DNA of 64,000 nucleotides from Felis catus (Eukaryota): the NCBI RefSeq assembly GCF_018350175.1, contig NC_058368.1:169138001-169202000 (forward strand). The letters run 5' to 3'. Below are positions 13,683 to 26,334 of this stretch, in pieces. The stretch's first letter is position 1; each line of letters opens with the position of its first letter. The notes under the pieces are model-generated. The model did no database searches, was not told the DNA's origin, and saw only the letters and a program-made list of their open reading frames with translations. Position numbers and translations under genes: made by a program.

Positions 13683-14860
13683 GCAGCAGGTTTTCTACTT
13701 CAGGACCATGAAGCAATCACCGGGCTCCTAGTGACTACTAATCAGTATTGCCATACTTAAAAAGCCCCAAATTTCACCCTCTACTTTCATTTTAATAGTG
13801 GGCCTGCTGCAGGGCAAGCTCTCAGGGACGCAAAGGCCGCCTAGACTCCAGTCTGGAATAGATGAAATGCGTTTAACCTCCAGGCTCAGAGCTGAAGAAA
13901 TGCTGTTTCCCATGAGGCCTCCTGCAGACTTTGCAGGGGTGAATTATGGGCCAGAGGTTAGATGGTAGAATTTTCTGCAGAGAGAATCCAACCCAAGAAG
14001 GACAAACTAATGCTTTGAGACATGAATTATGGATGTCTTCCTGAATGCAGTGCAACTAAACTTTCTCAGTGATTTGGGAGCAGGGCGTTACAATAATGCA
14101 GTCTCTTAGAGCCTGCAGGGAGGGAAACTTACCTTGCTGCTGGGCTGACCGACTTTGGCACATCCCACAGGGAAAGGAGAGGTGGTGGGCACACAGTGAA
14201 GGAGAGCTGTGGACTGTGGACAGAGACAGCTCTCAGGCCCCGTCCCCACCTTTCCTGCACCTCAGGCAATATTCATTCCCAGTCTGGCACTCTCTGGGCC
14301 AGTATTCCACGATACTGCCTCCAGCCAAGTGATCACAGGTGATGAGCTAGGCAAAGCCTATCTATCACCTTTGACTGTGGGAGACCCATAGGGCTTCAGG
14401 AGGGTGTCTGAGAAGGAGTCTGTGTATGCAGGTTGAAGTCAAATTTCCTAGAGGACGCTGCCTGTTTTTGAGGAAAAGGAACAGCTATATATACCTAAAT
14501 ATACATATGTGATTTGTTTGTTTTTTTTGCCAATATGGTAAAATGTTTATAATTCTTAAATTTTTAAAGCCATGAAGATAGACGATGGGGGTTTGTTGTA
14601 GCTTCTTTTAATTGCACACGTATTTTTGAAATGTTATTGAAATATGCTTTTTAAAAAATATTGACATATCTTTATAAAAACCCCTTAGACGGTTAACATG
14701 TGGCAAATACCTGTGGAGAAATTCTCGATTGCCAGAAGCTGGAGAACTGCTAACATTTGCTTTTATTTGGTCTCATTCTGGAGACCAGCTCTTCCGCTCT
14801 GCTTCCCGACACTCTCTCCCTCCCCTCCCCTCCTCAAGTTTTCCTAACTTAAAACTGACC

Positions 14861-15046
14861 TGGGAGGCTGAGTGGTTCAGTTGGTTAAACATCTGACTCT
14901 TGATTCTGGCTCAGGTCATGATTTCTTGGTTTGTGGGATCGAGCTCCAGGTTGGGCTCTCCACTGATAGCATGGAGGCCACTTAGGATTCTCTTTCTCCC
15001 TCTCTCTGCCCCTCCCCACACCTCAAAATAAACAAACAAACATAAA
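14861..15046 (+). mobile_element. Felid SINE
   Basis: SINE body with TSD aaaactgacc on both sides. Confidence 0.88.
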
Positions 15047-17632
15047 AAAACTGACCCAAAAATGGAAGCAGAGAAAAAGTAACTCACAAGTAAATGGCTT
15101 GATCTGCTTATTTGCCACTATTTTCCCACTCTGTCTGCTTGCAGCTGAGGACCTATGTACAAAGCAGGTTTGTAAGCAAATGCAACCGATTTCCGATCTA
15201 GCCTTAGCTGTTGCCCTGGCTTACCAAAGAATTACACTGGGCAAGAAATCAAGAGAATAGCTTTTGGTCAACCAGTAAGAAAGTTTGTGGTCAAAAAAAC
15301 CTGAATTTAAGTCCTAGCTCCAACATTTGCTGGCTGTCCTGTCATGGGCTGCACCACTGCCTCCTTAAGTGAGGTTGTATATTGGTGATGTAATCATTAA
15401 CTTTTCATTGATTCTAAGTGCAAAGCAGTCTATGAATAGACAAGCAACTTCTGCCAAACTGCTCTGGCAATGCTCTTTCGGCCTCCTGCGGTATGTTACT
15501 GGACATGAAGAGGCCATGGGTTTTCATTAACCAAAAGGCTTAGCCGTCTGGGACTGAGACTAATTAGGACAGAATAAGACCATGTAGAGTGGATTTAGTG
15601 TAACAGTAGGGACTTGACATTTACCCCTATTTAATCACAACTTGCTTTCTACCAACTTGCCTTACCATTCTGTAGAAATACGGCAGGTTTCCTTTGACGA
15701 CATACATCATTGATCTTGCTTATTTAGAGATGTGGATAGTGGTCACTGGAACCGTGGGTGCCGCGGGGACTGACAAGAGAAAAATGGTGGAGGCAGAATT
15801 TTCTCCGCAGTGGGTTTCAGAGTTAACATACACTTCTGCATCTGGTGAGACCGTTTTGCAGGTAGGAGAATAAATCAATTTAATGTGTTTAGGCTCCTCT
15901 CCTTAGCCTCTTTGGGTTTATTCTCTGTGTAACACTGGTAGTTACCAACTTCTGAGTCATTGTGGGTCCCAATGTTTACTGTTTTCATCTCCACTGAAAC
16001 AATAAGGGGCTACTGAACTTGTGGGTGAGTGTGTAAGAACTACCAGTACCGCAGCTGGAATTTACCTGATTTATATTTAGCTTGAGTGTTAACTCACTTA
16101 CCTAAGCAGAAAGCAATACAACAGAGCACCGGTCAAATCCTGACTCTCTTATTTACCAGATATGTGACCCTTGGCAGCTACTGAACCTTTTGATGCCTTT
16201 TGGAGATTAGAATAGTCTACCTCTAAGAATTCTTGTTAGGATTCACTAAGATAATGCATATAAAATTACCTATAAAAGTTCCGGGCATATAATATGCACT
16301 CAACAAATGTTTGCTGATTTACTCACTACCCTACATCTTTCTGTACCTCCTTCTGTTCTTTATAACCCAAACAGCATTCAGCTGCTTTGAGTTACAATGT
16401 AGTAAATTTGGCAAGTTGACAGTGGTGCTTACTCCCTGTCAAGCCTTTAGTAAGATAGTTTTTAGGGTATGTTAGTTCCCACATGGTTACCAAAACGTGT
16501 AAGGTATCTTGCCCCAGAGGCTACACAGCCAGCAGGAAAGCAATGCTTCAGAAACGCCTGCTTTATGTACCAATTTCAGGGTAAAAACACACTGGATGCT
16601 TACGTGTAAATGCCACAGAACACATGGAGTAGGAGGGAAAAGTAATAAAAGTAGAGCACGGGAAATAAGGTAAAACACTTTTAGGTTTTCTTCTTCCCTC
16701 CATTCTGCTCAGCCCCATCTCTGGAAGATCAACTTTCCAACTTCCCTGGTTGTGAGATATCATGATCTGCTGGGAGTCACAGGGCCAAAACCTCCTAAGA
16801 GATCTTCAACCTACAAACATAGCAACATAACTATAGATTCCTCAGGCTTGAGGGTACTTGGAATAGCTAGTCAAAAGGAAGAATTATTTGTTGAGGCCAA
16901 AGACTGGTTGGTCAGGAGGATGGTATGTAGTGAAGCCCCTTATAATAGCCATTAACACTTGGGTTCTATTAACAACAACATAAGTAAAAGACAAATGGAA
17001 CTAGGGCATAGCTTAAGTGCCTGGAAAGAATTTAAAATAGCATTTAAGGATTGAAATCAAAAGGAAACGCTCTGTCAAATGTCTATTTCTACTGATGAAA
17101 CCATTTGTGGGTAGGTTCTTTACTCTGACGTGATTACAATTGTTCAGGGAATTAAGGAAAAAATCCAGAGACTTCTGAAAAGGGTAGGGCTAAGTCACTT
17201 ACAGACAGGTGTCTACATTAGTGAGGTCGGACTGGCTGAAGAGACAAGAGCATGCCATACATCTCAGGCCAGAGTCTCAGCAGGATAATTTAAGGATCCC
17301 AAACTGTCAGGCAGCTAGGAGGTTCCCATCAGATCTTAATGATGACTAAAAAACTTTACTAAAGAGGACATTAGAGCTTTAGTCAGCAGTACATTACTTA
17401 AGGCAAAAATATCTCTCTGTAACAATTTACCAAAATAATATGGCAAGGAAAAACGAACAAAATACTTTCTAGAATTTTCAACAGCTCCTCCACTCCATTT
17501 TTTCCATTTTTAAAACTCAGACTTCATTTCAAACAAATTACCTAAATATTAACAGTGATCAGATAGGTTGCTCCTATCCAGGAAGATGGCATGAATTATA
17601 AAGAATCCTTGAGCTCTTAAGAACCAGGATTC

Positions 17633-17858
17633 GGGGCGCCTGGGTGGCTCAGTCGGTTAAGCGTCCGACTTCAGCTCAGGTCACGATCTCACGGTCCGTG
17701 AGTTCGAGCCCCGCATCGGGCTCTGGGCTGATGGCTCAGAGCCTGGAGCCTGCTTCCGATTCTTTGTCTCCCTCTCTCTCTGACCCTCCCCCGTTCATGC
17801 TCTCTCTCTGTCTCAAAAATAAATAAACGTTAAAAAAAATTTTTTTAAAAAGAAAAAA
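17633..17858 (+). mobile_element. Young felid SINE
   Basis: CpG-intact ggggcgcctgggtggctcagtcggttaagcgtccg; perfect TSD aagaaccaggattc at 17619-17632 and 17859-17872. Confidence 0.95.
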
Positions 17859-18697
17859 AAGAACCAGGATTCAATTTTTTAATTTGTAGAGTTGGAATGA
17901 AACAACCTTCCCTGCAGATTCATTATGAAGATGAACTAAAACAGAGAGCCTGAACAATGTCTAATACTTAGCATGTCGTAAGTGGGAACTAGTCTTATAA
18001 TGTAAAAATGCATTTTTTCCAATGAATTTTGTTAAGAAGAAATGCTGCGTTATAATGAAAAGAAATCATAATGGCTTGCAGAATTTCTCTTACTGACAGT
18101 GACTAAGAGGTGGAATCTTTCTGAAAAGATAAAGACCTTCCCATCTTCAATTTTCACTACAAAAACTGCATATTGATTATAAACTAAGAATACAAGATGG
18201 AGGAAACTGCCATATCCAGGCATGAAGCCTTTTAGTAAATTATTAAATTCTATTTAATAAAGTTCTTCTGTCAGAATCTTTCAACTTCTGAGAGGTGATT
18301 AAGACGCTTGTAAGATTTTCATCTGAAGTGTTCATCAATCCTAAAAGGTAGTACCAAAAATCAAACAGTGATGGAAAGCAACTATATTTCCCCATGACTT
18401 TGCATATCAACAGAGAACATTTTTTTCAAACCTTTTCCCATGCACAAACAGTAGTACTGAACCTATAATTTAGATTCATTACTTTATAGAAAAAACAGAA
18501 GCAGAACAATTAAGTGACTTGTCAGGGTCATGTTACATCAAATATCACAATTTTTGAGAGGAAAAAATGGTAGGTTCTAAAAATTATAAAAATGAGCTTG
18601 ACACTTATCAAATTCTAGGGCAGATAAATAAACAGACGGTCTGTGAGCAGTTGGAAAAGGAGGTTCTGTGGTTTCACTAAGAATATGGCACTTCCTT

Positions 18698-18928
18698 GGG
18701 GCACCTGGGTGGCTCAGTCAGTTAAGACTTCGGCTCAGGTCATGATCTCGCAGTTACTGAGTTTGAGCCCTGCGTTGGGCTCTGTTGCTGACAGCTCAGA
18801 GCCTGAAGCCTGCTTCAGATTCTACATCTCCCTCTCTCCCTGACCCTCCCATACTTGCTCTCTCTCTCCCTCTCTTTCCCTCTTTCTCTCTCTCAAAAAT
18901 AAACATTAAAGACATTAAAGAAAAAAAA
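18698..18928 (+). mobile_element. Felid SINE
   Basis: SINE body; degenerate TSD aata(t/a)ggca(c/t)ttcc. Confidence 0.9.
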
Positions 18929-19079
18929 AATAAGGCATTTCCAGCTAACTTCCTTTCTTGATATAATGTATTAGCAAGTAGATTAGGCTCCTTCCATAGA
19001 CAGTGCAATCAGATTGTCAGCCAATTTCTTATGGTCCTTTTAGGCAAGATGAAGAACCATGAACACCTCAGTGACTGGT

Positions 19080-19750
19080 AGGCACTTCAACAACTGTAAA
19101 GTACCGATTAATGGATCAAAGTCGCCTGGAGTACAGTCCAGTGGTTTTCTTAAGAGGGTCTGTATTTCATCTTGTTCTATTTAATATTTATGAACAACTT
19201 TGACAAAGCCACTAAATAACTAAAGGCATGCTTCATCAAAAACTGAAACTGACACAAGGCTAAGGATCAGAATTCATAAGGACTTTATGAGTTAAATTTA
19301 ATAAGGATGAATGCAGTCCTTCAATTAGGTTAAGAAGAAATTGTGTGAGTAATTTTAGGATGGACTTGGCTTATTAGCAATGACTATAAAGTCAGCAAGA
19401 GACAATAGATAGGCTTGCCTAATGATGATGGTGATGATAATAGGTAACATCAACATATTCCAATCATAACAGTCATGAGAATCACTTTGAAGCTGGCAAT
19501 AACGCCTCTGGACCGTACTCTCATCAGACCACAGAAGAACTGTGTTCAGTGCTGAGCAACATATTTTAAGAGAGCGATTGAAAGAGCCAATGCCAGGTTG
19601 GTCTGGAATGGGTATCATGTTAAGAACTGAGAAAAACGCGAAGCCTGAGGGAAAGTATGAAGAGGTGACCACACAAAAGAGACAGGACCTGTCTAGTGTC
19701 ACATGTGTGCTGTTTTAGGAACATTTGGGTGACACTCTTCTAACAACGAA
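19080..19750 (+). mobile_element. CR1/L3 LINE relic
   Basis: Resembles recalled L3 RT 3' region (aaatttaataaggatgaatgcagtcct; tcagaccaca...actgtgttcagt...catattttaagag). Confidence 0.55.
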
Positions 19751-21414
19751 ATCCATCCCTTGTAGGAGTGCTGAGTGGCTCTAACTCTGGAGGCAGTGGC
19801 TGAATGAAAATCATATGACACAATTATAAAACGATTTGGCACTAACAAAGAGATGTAGCATTCCTTTCTTGCTCTGAAACTGTATTTTTCTAGCACACAT
19901 TTATTCTATTAAGGGAGAATCACAATTCTAAACATTCTAAAGCTTCTAAAAAGAATGATTAGTTTTCTAATGTAATGTGTACATATCTATCAGCAGTCAA
20001 TTTACCTTTCTGAAATGGGTGAGGTCTGTGAATCCTCGGGAAGTCACGGGGAATGTTCCTGAACAGGTAGACTTGATAACAGTCCTATGCCTGATTTGGA
20101 GGAAACCACTGAGTAGAGGTGGACCTCTGTCCTGAAACTTTGAGGGTTTCTGCAGTCCTGAGTCAGTGTGGAAATCAGGCTCTGCTGAACCCACAGGATT
20201 GCTAAGATTATTAGGCAGGAGAAGGCAGACACTGCTCCTTCAGAGCCCGTCCAGAAGTCCCCCAACTACTTCTGCACAGCTGGGCTCTCTGTTAGGGCCT
20301 TCTTAGGTCACAGTTCAAGGACTAAAAAATCATGTGCCCAGGAGCCTATTCCAGACTTTCTTAATAGCTGTGTTCTTTGCCATTAATGCTAAATCCTTCA
20401 GGGGTTAAATTATAGAAGCGATGTGACTGCACAATTAAATATTAGAAAGGACCACTGAGTACATCCTGTTTATTGTTTATGATTTACACGGAAAATGATG
20501 GACTGGGGTTGTTGAACAATAAACCAATCATTACATTTAGACTTGGGCTTTTGAAAAACTTGCATTCCATTTTAACAGTTCATATATATTTAACACCTTA
20601 TATATAAATCCAAATCACAAATAATCTTAAGAGTTAGTTAGCTCAGAGATAAACAATTAAGAAACACAACAGAAAACCACATGGATCTACCTTTAAATAT
20701 CAGCATTCATATTACAAGAAGAAAATGTTAAAAAAAATTATTAGGTCAAGTCACTTAAACATAGAGAAATAAGAGAAACAATTCTTTTATCAATATTTAT
20801 ACCTATTCCTAATTTACCTTCATATATTCCTTAACTTTTCCAAAAGGATCCAAACAGTGTTTCAGAGAATCAAACTGTATTTTGGTATCTGAACTTTTTC
20901 GCCTCAGCCGGTATCAACTTGTTACAATGAAAATCCTAAAATCCCAATTTTCTTGAAGAAAATTTTTAAGCCAACTCTAATTCAACTTTTCTCCTTCACA
21001 GCAGCTGTTTACAGATAGTAGGGAGCCAAGAATGAAGGATAGGAACAGATGGAAAGCAAAAAGTACAACAGTTATCTTAAGTTCAGCTCTCAACACTGCT
21101 GGTTGAGTTTGGAACCAAAACCTCTTAACAACTGGCAGATAATAGCTAAATCTTAACAGGCAAAGAAGAAATATTTTCTTTGGGACAGCTGCTATCTAGG
21201 AGAAGAAAACTGACGTCCCTTAATACTGCCTAAATATAATGTGTGGCTTACTTACTACAGAGGAATCTGTAGCAATGTCAGTTTAACGAGTGTCACAACT
21301 GATCAATATTACTTAAAGGAAGGAAACAACAAAAGAGAAAACAAGAAAAAGAAAAGAAAAAAATTAAAAATCACACCAGCCACAAAGTTCCACAATATAC
21401 ACATGAGAATTAAT

Positions 21415-21420
21415 TTTAAT
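21415..21420 (-). terminator. Candidate main polyadenylation signal ATTAAA
   Basis: Minus strand reads ATTAAAATTAATTCTCATGTGTATATTGTGGAACTTTGTGGCTGGTGTGATTTTTAATTTTT: a variant hexamer followed by a GU/U-rich downstream element. Confidence 0.6.
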
Positions 21421-22703
21421 CTGATTTGACTCTTTGACACTAACTGATCATCAATGAAATATGGTATGGAAAGATCACAGAGTAGAAAACAAGCAAAGAT
21501 TAGTTTATACAACAGTGACTATATACATCAGAAGGAAAACATGCTAGCTAATGCAACATTAAGGCCTGAATGTAAGCACTTCCAAAGTCACAGAAGCCCC
21601 AAAGAACCCCTAAATTACAAAGTCACCACATTACATGCATGCAATGTTCAGTTTTGTTTTACCCATAAAAGGATACACAGTATTTTGCTGTAAATACCAG
21701 ACACACATTTACAATATATGCAAAAATTAGAATGCAAGTGTTATGTTCCTTATATTTAAGCCTCAAATGTGCCAACAGTGAAAATTCATTTAAGAATGGA
21801 GAAACGAGATGGAATATAAATACTCAGAGAAAATTACACAAATAAAATGTAATTTTGCATTTGGGAAGCCATAGAAATACTCCTTTTATGTGTCCAAACT
21901 AAATTATCAACGTACTACTCAGATGGATGTACACTCACGACGTGCTTTACAATTTTACTTGCTCAAATGTGGCATTCTAACACCCATCATTCTCTGGTGC
22001 TATTAGCAAATCACATCTGTAAGTTAAATATTATGTCCTTGTTTGTACATTATTTGCCTGCTGGGTGTGATCACCTAAATGGAAAACTGTGCAATCTTAT
22101 TTTGCGGTCATATAATTATGGATGACCCCAAGAGTCAACTTTCCCATAAAAACAACTAAGGAAAGCTCATTTCCTCACTTTTATAGAAATATGTGAACAC
22201 GACCCTTTCAGAGGGCAAATCTGGGGTCAGGATCTTCTTTTCTCTATTTTAGAGAAAGACAAATAAGAAAGGAACTGTGTTACATGTTCAGTCCTGCTCA
22301 TAGTCACTAGGTGATCATAAAAATCTACTTCCTTTTCACCCGGGGCTCATTTTGGCTTACTCTGAAACTACCTATTTTTATCATTTATTTCCAGGTGAAT
22401 AATTTTATTAGAATAAATTAGTGTAAAGAAACAAATGCTAAAAATGTAGTATGAATAATCCTTGTTCAGGAATTCTTTAAAGGAATAAATTATAACACAG
22501 TAAGGTTTAGGTATATTGAAAAAATGTGGCCAAATCTTTTCTGTACCCCATCAATTTTATCCTTTATACAAGTTGGTAGAATTAACCTTCTAGTAAGGAT
22601 CAGATTTCCCCTCAGGATACAACAGAATGGATGTTGAAACACTTTATGCTTGTTTTCAGACTTTCTGAAGTATTTCAGAACCAAGGTTATTTTAAACTAT
22701 AAT

Positions 22704-22790
22704 ATTTATAAATTTATAAATAAATACATATACTTAAATGTATTTACACTTACACTTATTATAAATGTATTTATTTATAAATTTATAAAT
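22704..22790. repeat. Perfect 26-bp inverted repeat with a 35-nt spacer in the 3' UTR
   Basis: atttataaatttataaataaatacat (22704-22729) is the exact reverse complement of 22765-22790. Confidence 0.92.
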
Positions 22791-23662
22791 TAAGAACCAA
22801 TATTTATTAAACAAAGGTGCCATGTTCTCAAGTATAACTGTAACCAAGTAGAAAGGATTTCATAAGGCCATCTAATTCATCTCATCATACCAAGCACTAA
22901 GCACGCCAGATTGTTCATAAGCTTTACTAACCTTACTTCAAGCACCAACCACCGTAAAGCACTCACGCTTTACTAACCTTACTTTTAAGCACATCCGCCA
23001 TTTAGGGAAAAAAAGTTTATTTTACTACCTAACCATTCCAGGGGGATTACATTTAAGATTTAAACATTTTGTCATATCCTAGCTAAAACTTTGGCTTTTG
23101 TTTGGCATTCTAAAAAGTCCTAATTTTAAACAAGGATGGAAGAGCAGACACCTTCCTAAAAAACCACTCAGTATTATGAACCAAGAGGTTCTGATGTAGC
23201 AAAAGCAAAGGGACCAATGAAAAAGCATGTTTTAGAATTCTCTTTATTTCCAATGAAACCAAATTTTACTACTGTTGTGATCACAGTTTTCACATTTGAT
23301 GCAAACAGGAGAGCTTAATTACAATCACTTAGTGGCAGTACTTCAGACAAAACCAATAATGTGTGCCACATACGTGATTATTTCTTCCGGAGAGGGTTAA
23401 TTGGTAAGCTTGACTTTACAATTAATATCAACATATGCAACTAAAGAAAATGGATGCACTGCTTCAACATTCAGCTTGAAAATGTTTAGTACTTTATGCG
23501 AACCTAAATTTAGTTTAGAAAGGTTAATATTCTTCTTTCTAAACTATGGCATAGACTATATATAGCATTTTAAATTTATTTATATATAATTATTTGCACA
23601 TCAGATTTAGAAGGAATTTGCAGATTTACTTTGATAGAATGATCTCATTCAAGTGTTGAGAT

Positions 23663-23788
23663 TTAGGGGGCTTCCGCAGAACTGTCGTTTGAAGGTGGGG
23701 CATCCTGGTCAGGCTCGGAGGAAGCAGAGGCAGATGCTTCGATGACGGCAGGTGGGAAATGGCGGCGGCACACGGGGCATGTTCCGGA
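23663..23788 (-). CDS. PJA2: PJA2 last coding exon (probable exon 10), coding part including stop; end of RING-H2
   Basis: Acceptor ccctgcAG|T. Translates [41 protein letters not shown], with TAA at 23665-23663. Confidence 0.97.
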   Translation of the reverse strand, partial: SGTCPVCRRHFPPAVIEASASASSEPDQDAPPSNDSSAEAP

Positions 23789-24668
23789 CTGCAGGGGAAA
23801 GAAAACAAGTTCAGAGCCAAAGGAAAGGTCTTATCTGCCACACAGTATCTTCATCAAGTAAAAACAGTATCATTATCCTAAAAATAAACCAAATAACTTA
23901 AAAACAAAACCAAATCCACACAAACCAGAGAGGCAAAATTGTAATGCAATTTCCTCTTCATCCCAATCAGATTCTAATTTCTTTGAGGGTGAATAGTGTC
24001 TCCTAATCATGTTTGTATCTTTCAGGTCAGTCATATTTCATTTAGTATTAACCAAGAGTCTACTACCCTCCTTGCTCAGCACTGGTGCTATGGCAGAAAG
24101 TGAGCAAGAAGTCACAGGGCATGTCCTCACCTGAACTGAATTAATTTTATTATTTGATCCATGATGCCTACATTAGAGAAACCACGGACCTAATTAATCC
24201 ACCTATTCATGACACCAAATCATCTCCTAGGGCTTCCCTTACATACACTTAAGCCTTACTTTAGTGCATGTCAAAACACATGGAGCTCAGACCTTCTTTA
24301 TTAGCCATATAATTCCTTTTCAAAAAGATACGGAGAGTTAAGTGCCTTTTAAATGATAAAAGAAATCTAACTAGGAGGTTAGACAGGACAGGGAAAGCAG
24401 TCATACTAAGAGTACATTTTTGGACCAAAGATTATAGGGATGTATCATCTGGTGATAGATTATCCCCTCACAAATCTGTGTTTTTTCCCCCCAAAGAGAT
24501 ACCCTGATAAAAGTAGGCTGAAGAAATCATGCTGATGAAGGACAAAAATTTGTATCCTAGGGATCTTCTCCCCAGAGGAGAGGCTTCAAACAGAAGCCTC
24601 TTGACAGAAAGAGACCAAGGAGATTATTACCTTGGGTTATAGCCAAGTCAATGACAATTCAAGGCTGT

Positions 24669-24673
<5 letters not shown>

Positions 24674-24716
<43 letters not shown>
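24674..24716. repeat. (AT)21 microsatellite in the last PJA2 intron
   Basis: Direct reading. Confidence 0.95.
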
Positions 24717-24718
<2 letters not shown>

Positions 24719-24794
24719 GTTTACAATTCAAGAATTTAATTTAGCAAGCATTTATTGTTCACTTGCCATACAGACTGGGACCTAACAACAACAT

Positions 24795-24900
24795 TTTATT
24801 TATTTATCTTTTTTATTATTGTTTAACGTTTGTTCAGTTTTGAGAGACAGACAGAGCATGAGCAGGGGAGGGGCATAGAGAGGAGACACAGAATCTGAAA
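24795..24900 (-). mobile_element. Partial felid SINE (3' half only)
   Basis: Tail and (AG)n segment up to gagacacagaatctgaa, then an abrupt switch to purine-rich low-complexity sequence. Confidence 0.8.
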
Positions 24901-25645
24901 AAATAAAAAAGAGAGAAAGCAAAGAGAAGGAAGGGAGGAAGGAGGTGGAGGAAGGGGAAAAGGAACGGAGTGGTTGTAGGGAAGAGAGGGAGCTATATCC
25001 TTAAGTAAATAAGCTGTGAAAATGATTTGGCAATTTCTACCTTACTGTCTATAAATGTCCTTATGCAAAAATAGAGTTCAGAGAGATCATTTAAGTAAAA
25101 CTCTTTTTTTTTTTTTAAGTAATTCAAATATAGTTAAAAATTTTGGGGTAAATATTTAAGGACAGTATATAAAGTTGGAATAGGAGGTACCTGGTAGGTT
25201 ATTATACCATATTTCTCATATACATTTTCAGAGACATTGATCTGTATTAGCAGAATATCTCTACATTATTACAGTACTTTGAGTAATGCCAAAGGCTTTT
25301 TGCTTGCAATACTTTGGAAAACACAAATTTCAGGGATATGATGGGAGATCTAATTAGCTTCAGCATAAAATAATTGCTTCACATATTTCATCATTCTTGG
25401 AAATGATGAAATATGTCAAGCAAGTATTATCGCCTATATTGTTTTTTAGACAATGTTAGTAAAGTAAAATAGTTTCATGTTATCATTAAACTCTAAATAT
25501 TAAAAGGTAATAAATTTTTAACACTTAATTAAAAAGAAACATAAACATGTAGCTGACTAAAATAGGCTTAAAAGATACTATTACCATTAACTTTCGGGAG
25601 GAACTATTAAAATATTTTTTAAAAAAGTGAAAAAAAAAACCTCAC

Positions 25646-25767
25646 CTTCTGTAGCCAAATTGAGACACAAGGTTTGTGAAAGAAATGGTGGCAGGGTAGC
25701 TCTGTTGCTATATCATCCTTAATATACTCACTGCAACAGATTGGACAGCACTGCTCCTGACCAATTG
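25646..25767 (-). CDS. PJA2: PJA2 coding exon (probable exon 9), 122 nt; N-terminal part of the RING-H2 finger
   Basis: Acceptor gttttcAG|C and donor CAGAAG|GTGAGG. Translates (A)[40 protein letters not shown], carrying C3H2C3 ligands. Confidence 0.98.
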
Positions 25768-26149
25768 CTGAAAACAACAAACGATCTCATCAATCCCACA
25801 GAGTTCAATTTTAATAAAACTGAAAACAAACATATTAACTCATAGGTGATACCAATGACAGACAAAAGAACCAGACTTTGATTAATTGGCAAACATGTTT
25901 CTGCAATACATGACAATTTGGAATTTAATAAATACTGGTTTTGTAGAAAAGCTGACTGGGGAACATTTATTCTAGCCCATCACTTAATAAATTAAAAATA
26001 CTCTTCTACTAGATGAAAGTTTGTCAGAATCTGGTTTCACAAAAAACTAATGAGTTTCTAAAGGTCAGTATTTTATCTTTCAGGTGCATTGATAATATAC
26101 TTACACATGTAATGTGTCATATGACATTAGAGACCAACTTTGCCCTTAC

Positions 26150-26264
26150 CAGTATGGTCTTCAAGAACAAGGGTCTCTGGAAGGCCATCAATGCTTTCCT
26201 TACTGGCTGGTGGATTAGCCACCTCAACATCCACTGCAAGAGACTCTAAATGTGCCAGTGCAGT
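26150..26264 (-). CDS. PJA2: PJA2 coding exon (probable exon 8), 115 nt
   Basis: Acceptor tttttcAG|A and donor ACTG|GTAAGG. Translates [38 protein letters not shown](A). Confidence 0.97.
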
Positions 26265-26334
26265 CTGAAAAATAAAAGTCACGGCTCCTTGTTAGAACAT
26301 ACTTAATTGTTACTATTTTTAAATTTCTCCCCCC

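Larger units (their letters stand above)
21400..23662 (-). other. PJA2: PJA2 3' UTR (about 2.3 kb; 3' end approximate)
   Basis: AT-rich stretch with no recognisable transposons following the stop codon, ending at an ATTAAA followed by a GT/T-rich tract. Confidence 0.7.

Noticed and set aside
17633..17710. tRNA-like A/B boxes
   Set aside because: Head of a tRNA-derived SINE, not a tRNA gene.
23626..23841. ORF 23626..23841 as a separate protein
   Set aside because: Alternative frame overlapping the real last PJA2 exon and starting in the intron. The same applies to 25728..25916 and 56743..57090.
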